Origin: Callorhinchus milii
Lineage: Eukaryota
DNA: 64,000 nt
Assembly: GCF_018977255.1 (NCBI RefSeq)
Contig: NW_024704762.1
Location: 7,254,001-7,318,000 of the forward strand
Direction: 5' to 3'
The translations under genes were made by a program, and so were the position numbers. Below, piece by piece: positions 50,707 to 64,000 of the stretch. The notes beneath the pieces were generated by a model that did no database searches, was not told the origin of the DNA, and was given only the letters and a program-made list of their open reading frames with translations. Within the stretch, counting starts at the first letter, position 1. Each line of letters starts with the position of its first letter.

Positions 50707-52824
50707 CAGACTGAGTTAGCGCAATTGGAGATGAGGCGGATGTTATTCAGGCGAAGTCAGCGGCTAACGCGTCCCACAAAGAGATCGGGAAATCAATATG
50801 AATTCGGGGTTTATTAGAATGTGGAAGAAACACAAGACAGGGTAATGGAGTGTTGCTGTGGGATGAAATGACGGGTTTCTTTCGAAAAGTGACGCTGTTT
50901 AGCGGGGAGTCTGGAGACAGATATCAGCGGACCCCACCTATCACAGGGTCTTGCTAAATTTAGACCTAAATTAGTGTGTGAGGGAACTGTTTATTACCGA
51001 TTATCTGATGTAACGATCAATGAGATCATTCCCCACTGCGGTATCACTGACAAGCACTGGGCAGAGGAGATCGGTTGCGTCTCATACTCTGAACCTCTCT
51101 CAACGTATAAAACGGCATTTTTCAAATGAGCCTTTTTTCTTCACAAATGAGTCACCCTCCGCGGAAGCCACACTCTGCTTCTGACGATTCTCACCCCCGA
51201 CGCGGACACAGTAACCCACTCGCTGGCTGCGATTTTTTTTTTGACGTATTTTTTATTAAATACTATGTGCACGGGGATCTTAAATTACAATCTCTATTGC
51301 CAGTCGTATCTTGGCGCTAAATTACACTATTCACAAAGTTAGTGCAGCGATTTCAGTGCGATTCTGTCCAAATTCAGTGAAGGACGACAAAAGAACTCGA
51401 CAAAAGGGGAGCAGGGAAATCATGATTAAAAGAAGTTGTGGGGAAGGGGGAAAAAGGTGTCAAACAACACCATTGTTAAGCGCTCCGAGATGCGTGAAGG
51501 CTGCTATGTAAATATTGTTGTTGACGGGACTTAAACCAAACAGCACAGCAACTTCCCCTTTAATGCCACCCAACTTACAATTACACACAGCCTTTCACAA
51601 GGGGTGAGTAACATATTTTAGTGTCGGTTTGTCCCTCTGATCAGCGATTAGCGATTTACTATCAATAACAATCCCTGCATTTGATATAGCGCCTCCTCAC
51701 GTCATCGAGACGTCTCAAAGCGCTTCACAGGATACACAGTAAAGTAGTGTGGCCGTGTATTTAATGCACCTTGAAATCAGATGCAATTATTTCCCTTATG
51801 TCCGTAGGGTATAAAGTGCTGGATTTGTTTCGCTGCAAACAACAGATTTATATTAAATTATAATCACCACGGAAAGATTTTAGCCACGTCCCTGGTGATA
51901 AACGTGTGTCTCAAAAGCTTCTGTGTGAACGAACGTTAAAAACAGACACCCATCCCCCAAACCAGCCCGGTCCAACACAGGCTAAACACAGCATTGGGGG
52001 ACAATGCAGGGTATTGATTCTTTGAAGGGCTTGATTAAAATAGATCGGAAATTAATTGGGGGAAAATTCCGGAGCAAAACTGTTGGGAACTTTTTTTTAA
52101 AAAAAGTTAAAAGTGAACAAAAGGTCTTGAAGAATTGGTCGATTTTAAACAAAGGTGTGAGAGAGCGAGAGAGAGAGCGAATAAAAATAAAAATTCCTCT
52201 GATTAAAATGCCGGTCATTGGGTCGGGCTGTATGTAGCCTTAAGAGAATTCAAGAGGGATAGGAATGGGATAGGCAGGTTGCGAATCATGTGCAAACGTG
52301 TCGGTCAGGAGGGAAGTCACAGCTGCCGAGATCACTGGCTGTTAATGACCCGATCGACGACACCTGTTAATTCCCTCCGCACACCTTTTATCTTCAGTTT
52401 CCACAACCTGCAGCCTTGTGCTCTCTCTCTCTCGCTGAGCAGGTACATCAAGTGCTGGAATAACAGTGAGTCAAGTGCTGAGTTGAAGGAACCATGTGCT
52501 AAAAATATATCACTCCCTCCACCCTGGCCTTGGCCCCGCTCACACCACAGGTAAGAGACAGATGTAGTGGTTTCTAGAACATTGTCCCTCAAAGAGCCAT
52601 CTGCAGTGAGGTCTAGATTCCACCATTCCTCTGGGGCCCACAGAGTGGAGAGAATCCAGTTGGTTCCACAGGTGGGATGAGTGCTGAGGGTCGCCTTTGC
52701 TTTGTGGTTTGAGCGACGGGCCGGGTTAAGGAGAACCCAGCCTCCGCATTGCGTGTGTGTCGGTCTCACTCCAGTAGGATGGCAGTGCAGGGCACGGGGG
52801 TGGGTGGTTGGGGGCAGGGTTTGC

Positions 52825-58131
<5,307 letters not shown>

Positions 58132-58259
58132 TTAATTCTATATATTATTTTTTTTAAAGAAAAGACACTTTGCAGTCGCTTCCTTTTTTTTTTGCTCTCT
58201 CTCTCTCTGTCTCTCTCTCTCTGTCTCTGTCTCTCTCTCTCTCTGTGTCGATCTGTGTG

Positions 58260-58430
58260 GCTTTCTCGCTCCTTTCCCGCGTATTCTGCGATCAGGGACT
58301 CCGTCGGTGGGACCGACCTGAGCGGAGGGGCAATAGTGGGAATCCCCGCGCGCTTTCCACCCAATCAGAGGTGACGGGTTCTCGGTGGTGTCGAAGTGGG
58401 TATTTAAACTGAATTTTAAACAGCGATTTG
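58260..58430 (-). promoter_or_regulatory. ZNF367-like proximal promoter with cell-cycle motifs
   Basis: E2F site TTTCCCGC 58273-58280, CCAAT 58361-58365, two TTTAAA CHR-like/TATA-like elements (58403, 58415), in CpG-rich context upstream of the ATG. Confidence 0.5.
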
Positions 58431-58446
58431 GAAATGAGTCATCACA

Positions 58447-58481
<35 letters not shown>

Positions 58482-59389
58482 GGGGGGGGGGGGGGGGGGA
58501 GATAGGGAGGGTGGGACACAGCCACAGACCTGCTGCAAAGCTCCCCCCCCCCCCCCCCCCCACTTGTGGGTGGATTGGGGGGAGATCCCCCACCCCCCCA
58601 CCACCACCACCTCCTTCTCTTGCTCCATACCCCTCACCCCCCACGTAACGCAGCTTTCTCGGTCGGCCCTTCACCTTCTGGTCAATCGAACGCCCGGTAG
58701 TCGCTCGCGCGGTCCGCCCGCCGCTTGCCCGCAAGGCGCAAGTCAGTCCGCTTTTGAGCGTACGTTCCGCGCAGCGCTTTGAGATGTCTGGAAGACCCGA
58801 TGAGGTGCTATATTCGAATGCAACCATTACTGTCATATTCATTACCTGTGGGATATTTGCTGCGAATTATACAACGCGCCACAGTAAACCCTGTGAGATG
58901 TGCGGTGAAACGATAAGAGCTCGGATTCAAATGCAAGACCCGTTATAAAGTAATGGTTTGCACGATTTGGCTACGATGGACATTGTATTAAATGCTGCGT
59001 ATCATTTATTACGCAGCAGCAATGTTGCCTCGGGAAGTCGTACAGACAACTCGTCTGCATAGCGCCTCTGGACAGATGTCAAAGCAGAAGAATTCTGCCA
59101 TTTAAAAAAAAAACCACAAATATTCATAGGACCTCATATCCAGTTTGAAATAGTCAAAACTATTGTATTGTCAGTATCAATATAATCACACATACAAACG
59201 TTTGCAACCATCCATTTTATTCAATCAGTTTCCAAAATAAACAGTTCTAATCGGTCTTTACACCATTTTGTTGCGGCAAACTTCAAAGACTGCATTCATT
59301 TAGATAAACAACCTAGGACTGTGAATGTTTCTATTGGGATTCTAGTCAGACTTCCCGCAGACCATGGTTAAATCAAAGTTTGTAGATAT

Positions 59390-59652
59390 TACGTCCAGTT
59401 AGTGGCGAAACCTTGGGCAAGTTTCCTTACTCCACACAGAGCCTAATAATAATCCCTCCAAAAACCCCAAACAATAATAAATTGGTCATTTTCAATCTAC
59501 GACTGTTTGTGGGACATTGCTGTGCACAATTGGCTGCTGCGTTCGCCCACAAATATACAGTCAATTCACTTGACAGTGTGTTCTGTGCAGCACTTTGGGA
59601 CGTCCTCCTGACGTGAAAAGCGCTATATCAAATGCAAGGATTATTATTATTA
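59390..59652 (+). mobile_element. Partly truncated SINE, same family
   Basis: GGGCAAGTTTCCTTACTCCACACA..GGTCATTTTCAATCTACGACTGTTTGTGGGACATTGCTGTGCACAATTGGCTGCTGCGTTCGCCCAC..GCGCTATATCAAATGCAAGGATTATTATTATT. Confidence 0.78.
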
Positions 59653-60737
59653 GTGTTATCTCTCAATTTTGTTTCACGCAAGTTATATCTACAAAAAAAA
59701 TTATTGGCTTTGTAATAATTCTGCACACAAGTTGATTGGGCTGTTTTCCCACTTTATCATGCTAGAATTTGTGTTCGTCATTAACAAACCCACACAGACA
59801 CACACACACACACACCTCATTATAAGCCAACAGATGCTGGGGTGTCGAGGGGCAGCTGACAGTGGAATCGTCTAACAGCCAGATTTACTGTCAGTCTTGC
59901 CAATGGAATAAATTCAAGTTGGTTAGCAATGGAATTCCCCCCACAGCACTGACTGACTACTCTTGTCCTCTCGATAGCAGCCGTGTACTATTTCTGCATT
60001 GTACACTGGAAGTTAAAAGGGCAGATTGTTTAATACCACATTAGCCCTGAGCCCCTGTATACTTTCTATAATTGCTTTAAGTGAGGTGGTTGTTCATAAC
60101 AGTCATTCCCTCTTGAAAACTTGTTGAAGTTGCACTGATAAAACCCACAATTCAGATTACAGTACTAAAATAAAATCCCTTGGTGGCTAATTTATTCACT
60201 GAACATCCTTTAGCACAACCCCCCCAATTCCATATACCCGTTTCCACAGCTACTAATTCATTCATCCACCTAGGAGGATTTGGTATCTAAAGTAAAATAT
60301 TTTCATTTTCCATTACTGGATGGAGAATAGAAGCAAGAGTTGTGTCCTCTCTTTACTCCTCTTTGCTCAGGTCCTTTGCAGTATAGCACTGCTTCCCTGC
60401 TGAGTTTAGCTAATTCTGCAGTATCCAGGGATTGAAACTTGGACCTTCATGGCCAACAGTAAGCTTTTTTTAAAAAAAAGAATTCTCATAATGTACAGTA
60501 GAACAGAATACATTCTATGGAACAGAATACATTGTGAAGGTATGTGGCCACATGTGGCATGGCTTGATGGTAAGTGAAGCACTTGTGTTGCCTCTCTCCA
60601 ATCCCACCTCAGATAAGCATTCCCCAGTCCACTATTTTCCATTTCTCACATTAGTAGTAAAAAATGAAATCACTGAAAATGACCCCTCAAACAAGAATGT
60701 TGATTTGTGCTGCAGGTTCATATTTAGAGTGAGATAA

Positions 60738-60856
60738 CACAAAGCTCATTTCACAGGCCAAGGACACTCGACCATTAGTCTGGCCTGGATTCAAACTCAG
60801 GTACGGCACAAAGTGAAAGGCCTGTGAATTAAACCCACTGCACCAGTCAATCCCCC
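60738..60856 (-). mobile_element. LF-SINE-like 5' fragment
   Basis: Minus strand GGGGATTGACTGGTGCAGTG..GGCCTTTCAC..TGAGTTTGAATCCAGGCCAG..GGCCTGTGAAATGAG resembles the remembered LF-SINE head. Confidence 0.5.
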
Positions 60857-60865
60857 ATCAAGATC

Positions 60866-61272
60866 ATGGACTCTTTTCTTGAAAAGAGGGTAAGGGATGA
60901 CCTGATAGAGGTCTTTAAAATGATGAACGGGTTTGATAAGATAGACATAGGGAAGATGTTTCCACTTGTGAGAGACCAAAAACAGGGGACGTCAATATAA
61001 AATAGTCACAAATAGATCAAATAGAGAAGTTAGAAGAAGTTTCTTTATACAAAGAGTAGTGGGAATGTGGAACATGCTACCACAAGGAACTGTTGAGGCA
61101 AATCGGATAGTATTTAAGGGGAAGCTAGATAGGTAGATGAGCGTGAAAGGAACAGAAGGTTATGCTTGAAGGCTTAATTGAGGAAGGGCAGGAGGAGGCT
61201 CACATGGAGCATATACACTGGCATAGACCAGTTGGGCCAAAATGGCCTGTTACTGTGCTGTATATTCTAATG
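60866..61272 (+). mobile_element. CR1-clade LINE 3' end downstream of the THOP1 stop codon
   Basis: GGGATGACCTGATAGAGGTCTTTAAAATGATGAACGGGTTTGATA (RDDLIEVFKMMNGFD)..TTCTTTATACAAAGAGTAGTGGGAATGTGGAAC..GGCCTGTTACTGTGCTGTATATTCTA. Related pieces at ~5130-5470, 6180-6380, 9000-9330, 35270-35515 and 41740-41920. Confidence 0.8.
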
Positions 61273-61478
61273 TAAAGCCACATGTGCTCCATCTTCACAA
61301 AAAAACAGAAGTTTACATGGATTACAATTTGATGGATTTGACAAACTATTTGAATTCTCCTCAGCTTTATCACAAGGTGCCGCTTCAGTACCGCTGAAGA
61401 GATTCCCAGGATGGGGCAGAGGGTGGCCTGTGCCCTACACGATGTCCAGTGAATTATACAACCGTAGTCTTAAGCCTT

Positions 61479-63982
61479 TCAGCAGGCGGACGGCGCAGAG
61501 ATTTCAACCCGTCCCTGACCCTGAACCACCGTCAGCCCTTTACTCAGGAGGAAAGCGTCCTGCTTTGGCTCACGCCCCAAGAAATCCTTCAGCATGTCCT
61601 CGGCATCCACTGAACCGCCTGGTTTAAGGATGAAATTACGGTAATCCATGCCAACCTGCAAACATGGGGAACAAGTTAGATTGGCTTTGCAATAATAGAA
61701 AGTTCTATTTTTTATTTCATTAAGAAGGCAAAGATATTTCTGCATTGCCATGTTATAACATGCTGTGTACACAAAGAAACAACAGTCAACTGTTGCTGGC
61801 TTCTGTTACTAGTGTTGCGTTGAACTGTAGACATCAGTGTCAGAACAACAATTCTATCTCCGATAGTTGTCCCAAACAAGCAAGTAAGAAAAAAGAATCA
61901 CAGCTTCCTCAAAGATTTCAAATCCTGTGTAAAATTCATCAAAGTACCTTTGAGTTCATGATTCCCTCCTGTCGGTAGCGGGTATAGAACATGTCCATGG
62001 AGTAGACCTCACTCCACAGGTAGCCATAATATTGCGCATCGTAGCCTCCAGCCAGATGCCCAAACGTGGCAGGCATGTTCGTTCCTGGCAAAAACAAAGG
62101 CTAATATTAAGATGTTTCTGCTGAACTACTTGAAATATCTGTAAGAAATCACACTAGAGGTGAGCTATTAGTTCTGACAAGATGGAAGGTTTGGAAACCC
62201 TACAAATGGAGTTTGTGTAATGCAATCACATGGTGACTGTCTGATCTGTTGTTTGTTGAGCAGAGGCCAAGCGCTATCCTTTGGATGATATGTTAAATGT
62301 TAAACCCTTCTGGCTGGGCAGGTAGGTGTTAAAGATTCCTTGGCAGTATTTAAAAAGGTACGTCTGTGGGACTTCACAGCACAAATTGGCTGTGCATTTG
62401 CCTAACAAATACACAGTCACTACTCTTCATAGTAAACCCTGTGAAGCATTTTGCAATGTCCATCTGACATGAAAGTGGCTATATCAAATGCAAGAATCAT
62501 TGATGCAGCTGCTCTATGGATACCCACAGACTTGGCAATTCATGTGCTCTCATCCAAAGCCCCACCAGTCCCCACCCACTGCACTGCTGCTCTCCACCCA
62601 GTACCTGGCGAGGCTGGAACTCCCATGATCTCTTTGCAGAGCTTGCTGTATTCTTCCTTCGGATCCACACCGACATTCTTGTGCAGCGACTGATCGACCC
62701 TTGCCAAAACTATCTGCCGCAAATTAAAGAGCCCTGTACAGAGAGGAGAAATGTGTACATTTACTGGAATCATCTGAACCCATGTGTTCTGCCTAATCTC
62801 TCAAGATCATGAGAGCACTGTGAGTGAGAATCCTAATGCTTACAAGTTCTAGGCCTCTGCAATATAAGGAGACCTGTTTTCATTTGGGATTTTGTTTGTG
62901 GGACATTGGTGTGCACAAGTGGCTGCCGCTGTTCGCCCATAAAATACAGTCAATCCATTTTCCTGTGAAGTGCTTTGAGACAATTCAACGATGTGAAAAG
63001 ACGCTACATCAAATGCAAGGATTATTTGTGCACAGTCTCAGGCACATACAGTATGTAACACATCATCTGATCTTGTTGAACTCAAACAGATACTGAAATG
63101 TTTGACCAGATTGAGTATGTGGAGAAATAAGTTAACTTGGTTGCAGACTGGTCGAGTTTCTGTTTCAATCTGCTTCTGGTGATGCGAACTAGCTGATAGA
63201 AACAATATGAGTAAACCTACCAGTGTTAGCAAGCCTGGACTTCAAGAGTTTCTCCAGCAGGTCCTCAGGAATGGCAGTCCCGTCCTTATAGTGCTTGGAC
63301 ATCCGCAGCAGAGGCTCCTTTTCCCAAACCCAATTCTCCAACATCTGGGATGGAGCCTCCACAAAATCCCTCTCAACGTGTGTTCCGCTGAACATGGCGA
63401 ACTCAGCCTGTCAGACAAGAGGAGAGTCAGTTCACTTGCACGTCACTGTGGTGGCCAGATCCCTGACGATCTGGGTGGGCAGAGACTTCAAATGCAACTC
63501 GTACAGACTTGGAAGGTTCCACATTTAAATCTCAGCCTGGAATAAATTAGTTTTAGTGCCAATGAAGTTGTACCCCAGAAGAGGGGGGGAGAGGGGGAAA
63601 TTGGTAGGCCCTCATCCCATAAGATTGTGGAGCTTGAGTCTGGACAGCAGCTAATAAGAGCAAGCTGAAGGCCTAGATCAGGCAAGGTCCTGCTATAGTT
63701 TAGGTTCTCCTGTGGCTTCTTGTGTGGCAATGTGGATAGGCTAACTGGTAAATCAACAGCAACAAAAGCAGAAGTCTCACCTGGGAGCAGATCTGATGCA
63801 TCACATGGCCAAACTCATGGAAATAAGTCTCTACTTCATCGTGCTGGAGCAAAGATGGGGCATTGGGGGTGGGCTTGGTAAAGTTAGCCACCATGGCAGC
63901 CACGGTGATCTGCCGGCTTCCATCAGGCAGCAGACAGCCCGGCTGGAGACCGAAGCAAGCAGCGTGTCCGTACTTGCCCTCC
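61479..63982 (-). CDS. THOP1: Thimet oligopeptidase (M3 metallopeptidase), last five coding exons; gene starts beyond the right edge
   Basis: Exons 63781-63982, 63221-63407, 62605-62733, 61948-62084, 61479-61655, GT-AG and in frame. [16 protein letters not shown], zinc motif [58 protein letters not shown] and a C-terminal Cys match THOP1 better than neurolysin. Confidence 0.93.
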
Positions 63983-64000
63983 CTGCCAAACATACACCGG

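Noticed and set aside
52443-52550. Plus-strand exon-like segment (cag|...AG|gtaaga, YIKCWNNS...PPPWPWP)
   Set aside because: No recognisable homology or consistent partner exons; it lies antisense to the probable ZNF367-like 3' UTR.
61479-63982. Neurolysin (NLN) as an alternative identity
   Set aside because: [38 protein letters not shown] and the 19p13.3-type neighbours fit THOP1.

Overview
Eukaryotic (vertebrate) genomic DNA, not prokaryotic. The Deu-type tRNA-derived SINEs, abundant L2/CR1 LINE 3' ends and compact introns suggest a cartilaginous fish (inference). Splicing exons by hand gives six protein-coding genes, most of them known from human 19p13: CELF5 (exons 1-2, minus), a divergent HAUS8-like augmin subunit (15 coding exons, minus, ~448 aa), NCLN (15 exons, plus, 560 aa, head-to-head with HAUS8-like), S1PR4 (minus, single coding exon), a divergent ZNF367-like gene (5 exons, minus, ~290 aa) and the last five exons of THOP1 (minus). 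The most notable observations are: a probable second ZNF367 paralogue (ohnologue) next to S1PR4; a HAUS8-like N-terminal extension built from a duplicated exon+31-nt microexon module; an S1PR4 with NPxxY changed to NPIIA; a 43-bp minisatellite apparently amplified from a hAT transposon terminus; and a ~965-bp solo LTR inserted in a SINE tail. All comparisons to human proteins and repeat consensuses are from memory and were not computed.
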